Below the pieces are notes generated by a model. It made no database searches. It worked only from the letters and a program-made list of their open reading frames with translations, and was not told where the DNA came from. This document shows, piece by piece, positions 8,483-18,933 of a stretch of 64,000 nucleotides of DNA (the first letter of the stretch is position 1; every line of letters begins with the position of its first letter). A program made the position numbers and the translations under genes. The stretch lies in the NCBI GenBank assembly GCA_051866635.1, contig JBJDXJ010000038.1, positions 96,001 to 160,000 of the forward strand, given 5' to 3'. This stretch comes from Clostridia bacterium (GTDB lineage: Bacteria; Bacillota; Clostridia; UMGS1883).

Positions 8483-8569
8483 GAATACGGCAATGGGGAA
8501 GAGTCTGACCTAAAGCTGTATATATACTGATGCCAAGGGAATTCCCAGGCAAAAGGGAGGAAGAAAAAT

Positions 8570-9994
8570 ATGATAAAATATGATATGTATTCTTCAAAAG
8601 CGGAAGAATTTATTAACCATGAGGAAATAATGGAAACGCTCAAGTATGCAGATGAGAATAAGAATAACCGTGAGCTTATTTTTTCCATTATTGAAAAGGC
8701 AAAGACTTATAAGGGTATTTCACACAGGGAAGCGGCAGTTTTGTTAGAATGTGAAATCGAAGAGGCAAATAATGAAATTTACAGCCTTGCAAAGGAAATA
8801 AAGGAAAAGTTTTACGGCAACCGTATTGTAATGTTTGCACCCCTTTATCTGTCAAACTATTGTGTAAACGGATGCGTGTACTGCCCTTACCACAGGCAGA
8901 ATAAAACAATACCCCGTAAAAAGCTCACCCAGGAGGAAATCCGAAATGAGGTTATCGCCCTTCAGGATATGGGTCACAAGCGTCTTGCCTTAGAGGCAGG
9001 GGAGGACCCTGTGAATAACCCCTTGGAATATATACTTGAAAGCATTAAAACAATTTATTCAATAAAGCATAAAAACGGTGCAATAAGGCGTGTGAACGTA
9101 AATATTGCGGCAACAAGCGTGGAAAACTATACAAAGCTTAAAGAGGCAGGCATAGGAACTTATATCCTGTTTCAGGAAACTTATCATAAGGAACATTACG
9201 AAAGCCTTCATCCCACAGGACCAAAGAGTAATTATGCTTACCATACCGAGGCTATGGACAGGGCTATGGACGGCGGTATTGACGATGTGGGCTTAGGTGT
9301 TCTTTTTGGCCTTAACCTTTACCGCTACGATTTGGTGGGCCTTTTAATGCACGCAGAACACTTGGAAGCGGCAAAGGGTGTAGGACCGCATACAATCAGT
9401 GTGCCCAGAATTTGTCCTGCAGACGATATTGATGTAAATGATTTCAGCGATGCAATTTCAAATGAAATTTTTGAAAAGATTGTTGCAATTATCCGTATTG
9501 CAGTTCCATATACAGGTATGATTATTTCAACTCGTGAAAGTAAGGAAGTAAGGGAAAGGGTTTTGAAATTAGGCATCAGCCAGATATCAGGCGGAAGCAG
9601 AACAAGTGTAGGCGGCTATGTTGACGAAGAAGTTTATGACGAGTCTACAAGCCAGTTTGACCTCTCTGACAGAAGAACGTTGGATCAGGTTGTAAATTGG
9701 CTTATTGATATGGGGCATGTACCCTCCTTCTGCACGGCCTGTTACCGTGAGGGCAGAACAGGGGACAGATTTATGAAACTTTTGAAATCGGGACAGATTA
9801 TAAACTGCTGTCACCCCAACGCCCTTATGACATTGAAGGAATATTTAATGGACTACGCAAGTGAGGACACAAGGGAAAAAGGCGAGAAGATAATAGAACA
9901 GGAAATTGAAAAAATAACAAATGAAAAAGTGAAAGAAAGGGCAAAACAAAACCTTATCGATATTGAAAAGGGTGTCCGTGATTTCAGATTTTAA
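8570..9994 (+). CDS. hydG: [FeFe]-hydrogenase H-cluster radical SAM maturase HydG
   Basis: FAPLYLSNYCVNGCVYC (CxxxCxxC), LFQETY, GPHTISVPR, C-terminal PSFCTACYR...CCHPNA second cluster motif. Confidence 0.92.
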   Translation: MIKYDMYSSKAEEFINHEEIMETLKYADENKNNRELIFSIIEKAKTYKGISHREAAVLLECEIEEANNEIYSLAKEIKEKFYGNRIVMFAPLYLSNYCVNGCVYCPYHRQNKTIPRKKLTQEEIRNEVIALQDMGHKRLALEAGEDPVNNPLEYILESIKTIYSIKHKNGAIRRVNVNIAATSVENYTKLKEAGIGTYILFQETYHKEHYESLHPTGPKSNYAYHTEAMDRAMDGGIDDVGLGVLFGLNLYRYDLVGLLMHAEHLEAAKGVGPHTISVPRICPADDIDVNDFSDAISNEIFEKIVAIIRIAVPYTGMIISTRESKEVRERVLKLGISQISGGSRTSVGGYVDEEVYDESTSQFDLSDRRTLDQVVNWLIDMGHVPSFCTACYREGRTGDRFMKLLKSGQIINCCHPNALMTLKEYLMDYASEDTREKGEKIIEQEIEKITNEKVKERAKQNLIDIEKGVRDFRF

Positions 9995-10007
9995 ATTATA
10001 ACAAAGG

Positions 10008-10037
10008 AAAGAGGTTTTGCACTGCAGAGCCTCTTTT
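10008..10037 (+). terminator. Intrinsic terminator after hydG
   Basis: aaagaggttttgc...gcagagcctctttt. Confidence 0.65.
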
Positions 10038-10077
10038 GATTTTTTGAAAAGAGTATGAGCAAGAATAATTAAAAAAT

Positions 10078-10141
10078 AATTTATCATACTTGACAAATTA
10101 GGTGCTAGATATTATTATAATTATGCAGATATGACAAATTA
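10078..10141 (+). promoter_or_regulatory. hipBA promoter with operator-like repeats
   Basis: TTGACA (10090)-17-TATTAT; inverted repeat aatttatcata/tatgacaaatt; direct repeat tgacaaatta x2. Confidence 0.55.
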
Positions 10142-10153
10142 AAAGGTGATGGT

Positions 10154-10495
10154 ATGAAAATGGCAGGTAATGAAAGTGAACAAACTATTTTAAAGGAGTT
10201 AAGTCTTCGGATTAAACAATATCGCATATCATTAAATTTGACTCAAGCAGAGCTGGCTGAAAAAGCGGGAGTTTCTTCAAGCACAGTAGTGCGTCTTGAA
10301 GACGGTGCTGATTTGAAAATTTCAAATTATTTAAAAATTTTAAGTAGCTTAGGGCTTGCTCAGAATTTAGATATACTTATCCCCGAACCCCAGGAGGATT
10401 TTAAAGCATTATATGAAAAAAAGCCCCCAAGACAGCGGGTGAAGCAAAGTATGTATAAAACTAAAACCAATTGGGTTTGGGGCGAAGATAAGTAA
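10154..10495 (+). CDS. XRE-family HTH antitoxin (HipB-like)
   Basis: LTQAELAEKAGVSSSTVVRLEDG HTH; C-terminal R.RV...W.WG; directly upstream of HipA. Confidence 0.8.
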   Translation: MKMAGNESEQTILKELSLRIKQYRISLNLTQAELAEKAGVSSSTVVRLEDGADLKISNYLKILSSLGLAQNLDILIPEPQEDFKALYEKKPPRQRVKQSMYKTKTNWVWGEDK

Positions 10496-10516
10496 ATTAT
10501 GTAAGAGGTGCAATTT

Positions 10517-11812
10517 ATGGACATACGAACTGTTAAGGTTAATTTATGGGGTACGCCAATCGGGTATCTCCACAGACAGGACAACGGCTTAATAGGCTTT
10601 CAGTATGATGAGGATTTTATTTCAAGCGGAATTGAAGTCGCACCGATTAAAATGCCTCTGTCAGATTTGACTTATTCTTTTCCTGCTTTGCCCGAAGAAA
10701 CCTTCAGCGGACTTCCCGGTATGATCGCTGATTCTCTGCCTGACAAATTCGGTAATATTGTAATCAAAAGCTATCTGGAAAGTCAAGGGAAGACAAAGGA
10801 CAGTCTGGGTGTGCTGGAAAAGTTGTGTTATACCGGCAAAAGAGGAATGGGTGCATTGGAATATGAGCCTTCAACAGATATTGTTCATATGAACGAGAAA
10901 GTTGATATTGATGCTCTCACAAAGCTTGCTTCGGATATTCTTTCCGAAAGGGAGGGCGTACAAATAAATTATGATGAAAATATGATAGCACAGCTAATGC
11001 AAGGAAGCTCCTCTGTAGGCGGTGCAAGAGCAAAAACTCTTATTGCATGGAATCCTGAAACAAATATTATTCGTTCAGGGCAAATAAATGCAGGGAAAGG
11101 CTTTGAATATTGGCTTTTGAAATTTGATGATATTTCAAACAACACTGATAAGGACTTGAAGCCTGACGGTGAAGAATATACGAAAATTGAATATGCATAT
11201 TATCTGATGGCAAAGGATGCCGGCATTAAAATGAGTGAATGTATGTTGTTCAAAGAAAATGGCAGAGCCCATTTTATGACAAAAAGATTTGACCGTAAAG
11301 GTGCAAATGGCGAAAAACTCCATATGCAGAGTTTATGTGCAATGGCACATATGGATTTTAATTCTCCAAGGATGTACTCCTATGAAGATGCTTTTAATGT
11401 TATGAGGCAGTTGAAGCTTCCCCACGCTGACTTTGTTCAGCTTTATAAAAGAATGCTGTTTAACGAATGTGCCAAAAACTATGATGATCATACAAAGAAT
11501 ATAACATTTTTGATGGATAAAAAAGGTGTGTGGAGATTATCACCGGCATATGATATAACTTTTTCCTATAACAAAAACAGTACATGGGTAAATGCTCACC
11601 AAATGCTTATAAATGGTAAAGCTGAAGATATAACAACGGAGGATGTATTAAATGTTGCTGAAAAAGCAGGCATTAAAAAATCTGAAGCCTCAAAGTGCAT
11701 TGAGCAGGTTTTAGGTGCATTGTCAAAATGGGAAGAATTTGCCAAAAGTGCCGGTTTAACAGAAAAAAATGCCGAAAATATAAAAGGATACTTCAGGTTC
11801 CAATTAGACTAA
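10517..11812 (+). CDS. hipA: HipA-family Ser/Thr kinase toxin
   Basis: N-terminal coupled domain (FQYD, DSLPDKFG), SVGGARAK, WLLKFD, KRFDR, NYDDHTKN, LSPAYD. Confidence 0.9.
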   Translation: MDIRTVKVNLWGTPIGYLHRQDNGLIGFQYDEDFISSGIEVAPIKMPLSDLTYSFPALPEETFSGLPGMIADSLPDKFGNIVIKSYLESQGKTKDSLGVLEKLCYTGKRGMGALEYEPSTDIVHMNEKVDIDALTKLASDILSEREGVQINYDENMIAQLMQGSSSVGGARAKTLIAWNPETNIIRSGQINAGKGFEYWLLKFDDISNNTDKDLKPDGEEYTKIEYAYYLMAKDAGIKMSECMLFKENGRAHFMTKRFDRKGANGEKLHMQSLCAMAHMDFNSPRMYSYEDAFNVMRQLKLPHADFVQLYKRMLFNECAKNYDDHTKNITFLMDKKGVWRLSPAYDITFSYNKNSTWVNAHQMLINGKAEDITTEDVLNVAEKAGIKKSEASKCIEQVLGALSKWEEFAKSAGLTEKNAENIKGYFRFQLD

Positions 11813-11941
11813 AATGAAGTTACGTTGTCAAAGCGTGAACTTTTTAATGAAAAATGTTAAAAAACTCTTTTCAAATGACTATTTATTTGATACAATTATC
11901 GTATGTAATTATGCAAAGTAAATCATAAAGGAGAGTTATGT

Positions 11942-12649
11942 ATGCAACCTAAGTACAAAAGAGTTCTTTTAAAGGTAAGCGGTGAAGCTTTGGCAGGGGA
12001 TAAGGGCTTCGGTCTTGATCAGCCTACTATTGATGCAATATGCGAAAAAATTAAAAAGTGTGCTGAAACAGGCGTTGAAATAGCTGTTGTTGTAGGCGGA
12101 GGTAACTTCTGGAGAGGCAGAAGCGGCGAAAATATGGACAGAAGCCGTGCTGACCACATGGGTATGCTTGCAACTGTTATCAATTCTTTGGCACTTTGCT
12201 CTGCATTGGAAGCTATAGGTGTAACAACACGTGTTCAGACTGCCATCGAAATGCGTCAGATTGCCGAACCTTATATCCGTGGTAAGGCAAACAGCCATCT
12301 TAACCGCGGAAGGGTTGTAATTTTCGGATGCGGTACAGGTAACCCCTTCTTCTCAACAGATACAGCGGCTGCACTGCGTGCTGCAGAAATCAATGCAGAT
12401 GTAATTTTGCTTGCTAAAAAGGTTGACGGTGTTTACGATTCCGACCCCAACGTAAACCCCGATGCAGTAAAGTTTGACACCCTTACTTATTCTGAAGTTC
12501 TTGCAAGGGATTTAAAGGTTATGGACTCCACTGCAACAGCTCTTTGCCGTGATAACAAAATGCCCATTCATGTATTCGGATTGGACGATCCCGAAAATAT
12601 TTACCATGCAGTTATGGGCGAGGCTATCGGCACTATGGTAAGAGAGTAA
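11942..12649 (+). CDS. pyrH: UMP kinase
   Basis: [33 protein letters not shown]. Confidence 0.97.
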   Translation: MQPKYKRVLLKVSGEALAGDKGFGLDQPTIDAICEKIKKCAETGVEIAVVVGGGNFWRGRSGENMDRSRADHMGMLATVINSLALCSALEAIGVTTRVQTAIEMRQIAEPYIRGKANSHLNRGRVVIFGCGTGNPFFSTDTAAALRAAEINADVILLAKKVDGVYDSDPNVNPDAVKFDTLTYSEVLARDLKVMDSTATALCRDNKMPIHVFGLDDPENIYHAVMGEAIGTMVRE

Positions 12650-12689
12650 TTGAGTTAATAATTTAAAGAAAAACATTTATGAAAGGAAG

Positions 12690-13250
12690 ATGAATATTAT
12701 GGAAAAATACCCTGAAATTACAAAAAGAATGGATAAAGCCATTGCATACTACAAGGACGATTTAAACACTATCAGAGTGGGCAGAGCCAATGCGGCTGTT
12801 CTTGACAAGGTAGCGGTTGATTATTACGGAACAATGACCCCCATTGCACAGGTTGGTACAATTTCAACACCCGACCCCAGAACTCTTTGCATACAGCCTT
12901 GGGACGGAACACTTCTCAAAGCTATAGAAAAGGCAATTTTAGCATCTGAAGTAGGTATCACACCCCAGAACGACGGTAAGGTTATCCGTCTTAATTTCCC
13001 TCAGCTTACAGAAGAAAGACGTAAGGAACTTAGCAAAACAGTGTCCAAGAAGGGCGAAGAAGCAAAGGTCAGCGTAAGAAATGTACGTCGTGATGCTATG
13101 GACGAATACAAGGCAATGAAGAAAAAGAACGAAATTACAGAGGACGATTTGAAGAGTACAGAAAAAGATATCCAGGATCTTACCGATATGAAGATTAAGG
13201 AAATCGATGTAATAACAGAAAAGAAACAGAAGGAAATTATGTCCATATGA
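12690..13250 (+). CDS. frr: Ribosome recycling factor
   Basis: IRVGRAN, VDYYG, PQLTEERRKEL, RNVRRD. Confidence 0.97.
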   Translation: MNIMEKYPEITKRMDKAIAYYKDDLNTIRVGRANAAVLDKVAVDYYGTMTPIAQVGTISTPDPRTLCIQPWDGTLLKAIEKAILASEVGITPQNDGKVIRLNFPQLTEERRKELSKTVSKKGEEAKVSVRNVRRDAMDEYKAMKKKNEITEDDLKSTEKDIQDLTDMKIKEIDVITEKKQKEIMSI

Positions 13251-13999
13251 AAATAAAGGACTTTTTCCGTAAAAAAGCCTTAGAGCAAAAAGTGGACTTT
13301 GATAACTTACCTGAGCATATCGGAATTATTATGGACGGAAACGGCAGATGGGCGAAGAAACGCGGTCTGCCCCGTACCTCCGGTCACGCTGTAGGTGCAA
13401 AAACATTTGAGCGAATTGTTGAGTATGCCGGTAACATCGGTGTAAAGGTTGTTACCGTGTATGCTTTTTCGACTGAAAACTGGAAGAGACCAAAAGAAGA
13501 AGTTGACGCACTTATGAATATCCTTGAGGATTATCTGGACCATGGCCTTCAAAGATTGGCAGGCAGAGATGTGCAGATACACTTTATAGGCGACAGAAGT
13601 GCATTTTCGGACTCTTTCCGTGAAAAACAGCTCTACATGGAAAAGGCCACTGAAAATAACAGTGGTCTTTTGCTTAATGTTGCATTAAACTACGGCGGAC
13701 GTGACGAGGTTATAAAAGCGGTAAAAGAAATTGCCCAATTGGTTAAGGAAGGCAAAATGGAAGTTGATGATATATGTGAGGAAGAAATTTCAAAAAGAAC
13801 ATATACCGCTTCCCAACCCGACCCAGACCTTATTATCCGTCCGTCAGGTGAGTATAGGTTAAGTAACTTTTTCCTTTGGCAATCTGCCTATAGTGAACTG
13901 TGGTTCTCTAACATTTTATGGCCTGATTTCTCAAACGAGGACTTACTTGAGGCTATATATGACTATCAACAGCGTACACGTCGTTTCGGCGGTGTGTAA
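13247..13999 (+). CDS. uppS: Undecaprenyl diphosphate synthase
   Basis: HIGIIMDGNGRWA, YAFSTENWKRP, NYGGRDE, RRFGG. Confidence 0.97.
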   Translation: MKIKDFFRKKALEQKVDFDNLPEHIGIIMDGNGRWAKKRGLPRTSGHAVGAKTFERIVEYAGNIGVKVVTVYAFSTENWKRPKEEVDALMNILEDYLDHGLQRLAGRDVQIHFIGDRSAFSDSFREKQLYMEKATENNSGLLLNVALNYGGRDEVIKAVKEIAQLVKEGKMEVDDICEEEISKRTYTASQPDPDLIIRPSGEYRLSNFFLWQSAYSELWFSNILWPDFSNEDLLEAIYDYQQRTRRFGGV

Positions 14000-14026
14000 T
14001 ATGTACTATAGAAAGGTGCTCAAAAT

Positions 14027-14848
14027 ATGAAAACACGACTTTTAACAGCAGCTTTGGGGATAGTTTTGTTTTTTACAATTCTTTTCCTGCCTCCTATGGT
14101 GTTTCACGCTGCATTAATGATTATTGTAGGTATAGCTACATACGAAATATATGCTGTAACAGGCATTAACAAAAATTTGCCCTTGGCACTGTCAGGCTGT
14201 TTCGGAATAGCACTTTGTGCACTTTTGGGATGTATGCATTTGGGCGATTCGGTTATTAATTTTGAAGTATGCCTGGGATGTTTAAGTCTTTATATTGTAT
14301 ACATTTTTTGTATGGTGGTATTTGACCACAAAAACGTAAAGCTTTCCGATGCTTCAGTAGCATTTTTCACATCTGTGTTTATTGCGGTTTTATATTCATA
14401 TATTATTCCCCTTCGTGAGGATGAACACGGAATATGGATGATTATTGTGCTTTTTGCCGCAACATGGTGCTGTGATGCAGGTGCATATTTTATCGGCATT
14501 AAATTCGGCAAGCATAAGCTTGCCCCCGTTTTAAGTCCAAAAAAGACTATTGAAGGCTTTTTCGGCGGAATTCTGGGAAGTGTAGTAGGAATGGGAATTC
14601 TGTCTTTGGTGTTAAACAGCGTGGGAATAGAATGTAACGAAATTGCACTTATGATTACCGGTGTGGGATGCTCTCTTGTGGGACCTGTGGGCGATATTGC
14701 AACAAGTGCCATAAAAAGGGAAGCAAATGTTAAAGATTTCGGAAATCTTTTCCCCGGTCACGGCGGTATACTTGACAGATTTGACAGTATACTTTTAACT
14801 ACACCTTTTGTATATTTTATGAATGAGATTTTTAATCTTATAGGATAA
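14027..14848 (+). CDS. cdsA: Phosphatidate cytidylyltransferase
   Basis: SPKKTIEG, KDFGNLFPGHGGILDRFDS; multi-TM. Confidence 0.95.
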   Translation: MKTRLLTAALGIVLFFTILFLPPMVFHAALMIIVGIATYEIYAVTGINKNLPLALSGCFGIALCALLGCMHLGDSVINFEVCLGCLSLYIVYIFCMVVFDHKNVKLSDASVAFFTSVFIAVLYSYIIPLREDEHGIWMIIVLFAATWCCDAGAYFIGIKFGKHKLAPVLSPKKTIEGFFGGILGSVVGMGILSLVLNSVGIECNEIALMITGVGCSLVGPVGDIATSAIKREANVKDFGNLFPGHGGILDRFDSILLTTPFVYFMNEIFNLIG

Positions 14849-14860
14849 GAGGCAAGGAAG

Positions 14861-16000
14861 ATGAAAGAAATATCTATCTTGGGTTCCACAGGTTCAATCG
14901 GCACACAAAGTCTGGAGGTTGTGGATAAGGATAACAATTTAAAGGTTGCCGCATTGACGGCATATAAAAATACAGATTTACTTGAAAAGCAAATCAGACA
15001 CTACAAACCTAAAATGGCAGCAATGTACGATAGTGCATGTGCCAATGACTTAAAGGTAAGGGTAGCAGACACTGATACTGTAATTTTGTCAGGAGAAGAA
15101 GGCGTTTGTGAATGTGCCCGTCAGGGCAGTATGGCAGTAACTGCCATTGTTGGCATTGCAGGATTAAGGCCCACCATCTCTGCCATTGAATCGGGAAGCG
15201 ACATTGCCCTTTCAAATAAGGAAACACTTGTTACAGCAGGGGAATATGTTATGAATTATGCCCGTGAAAAGGGTGTGAAGATTGTCCCTGTTGACAGTGA
15301 ACACAGTGCAATTTTTCAGTCAATTGCAAATCAGGGTAAATTTGTGGAAAGAATAATTATCACGGCATCGGGCGGTCCTTTCTTCGGCAAAAAGCGTGAA
15401 GAGCTTTTAAACGTTACCGCTGAAGACGCTCTAAAGCACCCCAACTGGTCAATGGGTGCAAAAATTACAATCGACAGCTCAACCTTGGTAAACAAAGGTT
15501 TGGAAATTATTGAAGCAATGCACCTTTTCGGTGTTGATGTTGACAATATCGTCCCCGTTGTACACCGCCAGAGTATTGTTCATTCTTTGGTTGAGTTTTG
15601 CGACGGCAGTGTTATAGGTCAGTTGGGGGTACCTGATATGAAATTACCCATTTCCTATGCACTTCACTATCCCGATAGGAGCATAAAAGTGTCGGAAAGA
15701 CTTGATTTGGTTAAAATCGGAACACTTACATTTGACGATATTGACCATGAAGCATTCCCGGCTGTTACCATGGCAAAAAAGGCGGCAAAAACAGGCGGTA
15801 CAATGCCCTGTGTATTTAACGGTGCCAACGAAGAAGCCGTGGCAATGTTCCTTAAGGGCAAGTGTAAATTTGGCGATATTACAGAATATATTTCCTATGC
15901 AATGGATAAACATAAGATTACACAGCCTTCCTCCATCGAAGCGGTGGAAGAGGCAGACTTATTTGCACGGCGTATGGTTCGTGAAAAAGCGGGATTATAA
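14861..16000 (+). CDS. dxr: 1-deoxy-D-xylulose-5-phosphate reductoisomerase
   Basis: LGSTGSIG, NKET, PVDSEHSA, HPNWSMGAKITIDS. Confidence 0.97.
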   Translation: MKEISILGSTGSIGTQSLEVVDKDNNLKVAALTAYKNTDLLEKQIRHYKPKMAAMYDSACANDLKVRVADTDTVILSGEEGVCECARQGSMAVTAIVGIAGLRPTISAIESGSDIALSNKETLVTAGEYVMNYAREKGVKIVPVDSEHSAIFQSIANQGKFVERIIITASGGPFFGKKREELLNVTAEDALKHPNWSMGAKITIDSSTLVNKGLEIIEAMHLFGVDVDNIVPVVHRQSIVHSLVEFCDGSVIGQLGVPDMKLPISYALHYPDRSIKVSERLDLVKIGTLTFDDIDHEAFPAVTMAKKAAKTGGTMPCVFNGANEEAVAMFLKGKCKFGDITEYISYAMDKHKITQPSSIEAVEEADLFARRMVREKAGL

Positions 16001-16017
16001 TTTCTTGGAGGTTTCTG

Positions 16018-17046
16018 ATGGCTTTTTCGTTGATTGTTACTGTTTTGGCATTTGGAATTATGGTTATGCTCCATGAGGCAGGTCACTTTTTTATGGCAAG
16101 GCGGTTCGGTGTAACCGTTCATGAATTTTCCATTGGTATGGGACCGCTCCTTTTTAAGTGGGGCAAGGGTGAAACACAGTATTCCCTCAGGCTTCTTCCT
16201 TTGGGCGGCTATGTTAAGCTTGAAAGTGAAAATGATGAAAGTGACAACCCTAAGGCTTTTTCAAATGTATCTCCCGTAAAACGTATATGCGTGCTTCTGG
16301 CAGGTGCATTTATGAATGTGCTGTTGGGTTTTCTGTGTTTTGTAATTATCAATAATATATACGGATATGCCGAGATACCTCTTGTATCCGAAGTAATTGA
16401 AAATTCCCCGGCACAACAATCAGGGATTATGGCAGGCGACTGCATTATAAAACTTGACGGAAAAAATGTGGGAACACAGTCCGATGTAAGACTGCACATG
16501 CTTGATAAAAAAGAAACCGTGGAGGTAACTTTTATCCGTGAGGGTGAAAAGCATAAAGTAACACTTAAACCGCTCCTTGGTGAAAACGGTCAGATGTTTA
16601 TAGGTTTTAAGGGCAGTGTGAAAAAACTAACCTTTTTGGAAAGCTTTAAATATTCCTACTACGACACCCGTTATGTGGTAAAGGCAGTATTTTATTCTTT
16701 AAAAATGCTCCTTACAGGCGGTGCTAAAATAAGCGATATGTCAGGACCTGTGGGTATTATTCAGGTGGTTGACCAAACAACCGAGGCAGTAGGAGATTTG
16801 GGCATAATGTATATATTTATAAACCTTCTGAACATTTTTGCAATGATAAGCGTAAATTTAGGGGTGTTCAATCTTTTACCCATACCCGGTCTTGACGGAG
16901 GAAGCATTATTTTCAATTTAATCGAAGTTGTAACAAGGAAAAAACAAAAGCCTGAAATTTTAGGATATATAAATCTTATCGGTCTTGCCCTTTTGTTGGG
17001 GCTTGGCGTTCTGGTAATGATTTCCGATATCATTAAACTGATATAG
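16018..17046 (+). CDS. rseP: RIP metalloprotease RseP (M50) with PDZ domain
   Basis: HEAGH, FSIGMGP, NLLPIPGLDGG. Confidence 0.92.
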   Translation: MAFSLIVTVLAFGIMVMLHEAGHFFMARRFGVTVHEFSIGMGPLLFKWGKGETQYSLRLLPLGGYVKLESENDESDNPKAFSNVSPVKRICVLLAGAFMNVLLGFLCFVIINNIYGYAEIPLVSEVIENSPAQQSGIMAGDCIIKLDGKNVGTQSDVRLHMLDKKETVEVTFIREGEKHKVTLKPLLGENGQMFIGFKGSVKKLTFLESFKYSYYDTRYVVKAVFYSLKMLLTGGAKISDMSGPVGIIQVVDQTTEAVGDLGIMYIFINLLNIFAMISVNLGVFNLLPIPGLDGGSIIFNLIEVVTRKKQKPEILGYINLIGLALLLGLGVLVMISDIIKLI

Positions 17047-17061
17047 AGAGGATGAGATAAA

Positions 17062-17493
17062 ATGAGCAGAAAATCTGCAAGAGAAAATGCGTTTAAAATT
17101 ATTTACAACAGTGCTCTTTTAAAAGAGCCTCCTCATGATATGTGCCAATATTTTGAAGAAACCTGCAAGGACGAATTATGGGCAGAAGACTCCATGAGCA
17201 AGAATGACAAGGAATATATGAAGATGGTAGTTTTCGGTGCCTGCGAAAAGAAAAACGAAATTAACGAAAAAATTGCACCACTTCTTAAAAAGTGGGATAT
17301 TGCCCGTATTCCCAAGGTAAGTCTTGCGATTTTACAGCTTGCAATTTACGAAATTGACAATGTGGAGGATGTGCCTGAAAAGGTTGCCGCAAACGAGGCT
17401 GTTGAGCTTGCAAAAAAGTACGGTGACGAGGATACTTATAAGTTTATTAACGGTGTTTTGGCAGAATACTTAAAAAACGCACAAAATAACTGA
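17062..17493 (+). CDS. nusB: Transcription antitermination factor NusB
   Basis: SRKSARE, ILQLAIYE, NEAVELAKKY, FINGVL. Confidence 0.95.
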   Translation: MSRKSARENAFKIIYNSALLKEPPHDMCQYFEETCKDELWAEDSMSKNDKEYMKMVVFGACEKKNEINEKIAPLLKKWDIARIPKVSLAILQLAIYEIDNVEDVPEKVAANEAVELAKKYGDEDTYKFINGVLAEYLKNAQNN

Positions 17494-17515
17494 AAATTGG
17501 GAAGGAAGTAGGGTA

Positions 17516-18721
17516 ATGGCTGACAGGCATATTGCAACGGTAACACAAATAAATAACTACATAAAAGCCATTATCGAGCGTACGGAGGTATTGCAGAACA
17601 TATGGATAAAAGGTGAAATAAGTAACCTTAAATACCACTCCTCCGGACATGTGTACCTGACCTTAAAGGACGAAGGTGCAACATTAAAAGCAGTAATGTT
17701 CAAGGGTGCCGTTATGCGCCTTCCATTTAAAATGGAAAACGGTATGAAGGTCAGTGCAAACGGTCGTATCGGTGTTTTTGAACGTGACGGTGCCTATCAG
17801 CTTTATATTGAAAATATGGAGCAGGAGGGCAAGGGCAATCTGTATCAGCAGTTGGAGGAGCTTAAGAAAAAGCTGTCCAATGAAGGATTGTTTGATGAAA
17901 AGTATAAAAAGCCTATACCGTCTTTTCCAAAAAAGGTGGGCATTGTTACAAGCCCCACAGGTGCGGCTGTAAGGGATATTATAAACATTTTAAAACGCCG
18001 TTACCCCATAGCAGAGGTGCTTTTGTACCCTGCCTTGGTACAAGGTGCGGGTGCATCGCCTACCATTGTAAAGGGTATTGAATTTTTTAATAACAACACA
18101 GATGTTGACGTTTTGATTGTAGGCAGAGGCGGCGGCAGTATTGAAGATTTGTGGGCTTTTAACGAGGAAAATACGGTAAGGGCAATATTCAAATCAAATA
18201 TACCTGTCATTTCAGCCGTTGGACACGAAACAGATTTTACTCTCTCCGATGCGGTGGCTGATTTAAGAGCACCTACGCCTTCTGCGGCGGCAGAGGTGGC
18301 TGTTCCCGATGTGAAGGAAATTGATATAAGGCTCAGAAGATACCTGGAAAACTTAAAAACCCTCCTTTTGAAGAAAGCTGAGGACAGCGAAGTTAAACTT
18401 AACCTTATATCTGCCCGTGCCTCAAAGGAAAGCTTTGTAAGAAAAGTTGAAAACCTTATGCAGATAACCGATAATACCTTTGACAATTTGTGCCGTGTAT
18501 ATACAATGAGATGCGAGGGAAAGTTAAGCACCCTTTCAGCGTATGCGGCGAAACTTGATGCCTTAAGCCCTCTTAAGGTTTTTGACAGAGGATACTCTGT
18601 GGCATATAAGGAAAATAAGGTTATCAGAAGTGTTAAAGATGTTAGTATAAACGATGCGGTTACCATTATGTTAAGGGACGGAAAAATAACCGCACAAGTA
18701 ACCGAAAGTGAAGGAAGATAG
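17516..18721 (+). CDS. xseA: Exodeoxyribonuclease VII large subunit
   Basis: GEISN, TSPTGAA, RGGGSIEDLWAFN, SAVGHETD, APTPSAAAE. Confidence 0.96.
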   Translation: MADRHIATVTQINNYIKAIIERTEVLQNIWIKGEISNLKYHSSGHVYLTLKDEGATLKAVMFKGAVMRLPFKMENGMKVSANGRIGVFERDGAYQLYIENMEQEGKGNLYQQLEELKKKLSNEGLFDEKYKKPIPSFPKKVGIVTSPTGAAVRDIINILKRRYPIAEVLLYPALVQGAGASPTIVKGIEFFNNNTDVDVLIVGRGGGSIEDLWAFNEENTVRAIFKSNIPVISAVGHETDFTLSDAVADLRAPTPSAAAEVAVPDVKEIDIRLRRYLENLKTLLLKKAEDSEVKLNLISARASKESFVRKVENLMQITDNTFDNLCRVYTMRCEGKLSTLSAYAAKLDALSPLKVFDRGYSVAYKENKVIRSVKDVSINDAVTIMLRDGKITAQVTESEGR

Positions 18722-18723
18722 TA

Positions 18724-18933
18724 ATGACCTTTGAAGAATCATTGAAAGAATTGGAAGAAACAGTTAAGAAACTTGAAAATGGGGAAACAACCTTAGAGGA
18801 GGCAATTACTCTTTTTGAAAAGGGGGTTACCCTTACGAAAAATTGCAGAAAACTGCTTGATGATGCACAGCTAAGGGTAAAAAAGGTTACCGAGGACGGT
18901 GTTTGCGATTTTGAGGAAAGGACGGAAGAATGA
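18724..18933 (+). CDS. xseB: Exodeoxyribonuclease VII small subunit
   Basis: FEESLKELEETVKKLE...LEEAI.LFEKG; follows xseA. Confidence 0.93.
   Translation: MTFEESLKELEETVKKLENGETTLEEAITLFEKGVTLTKNCRKLLDDAQLRVKKVTEDGVCDFEERTEE

Noticed and set aside
8489-8546. Fluoride or TPP riboswitch call
   Set aside because: Only fragments (ggcaatgg, ctgatg, gggaa) match; the pseudoknot and CTGAGA cores are missing.
8362-8688. N-terminal extension of the LysM ORF to 8688
   Set aside because: Overlaps hydG and its promoter; RBS and signal peptide indicate a start at 8361.
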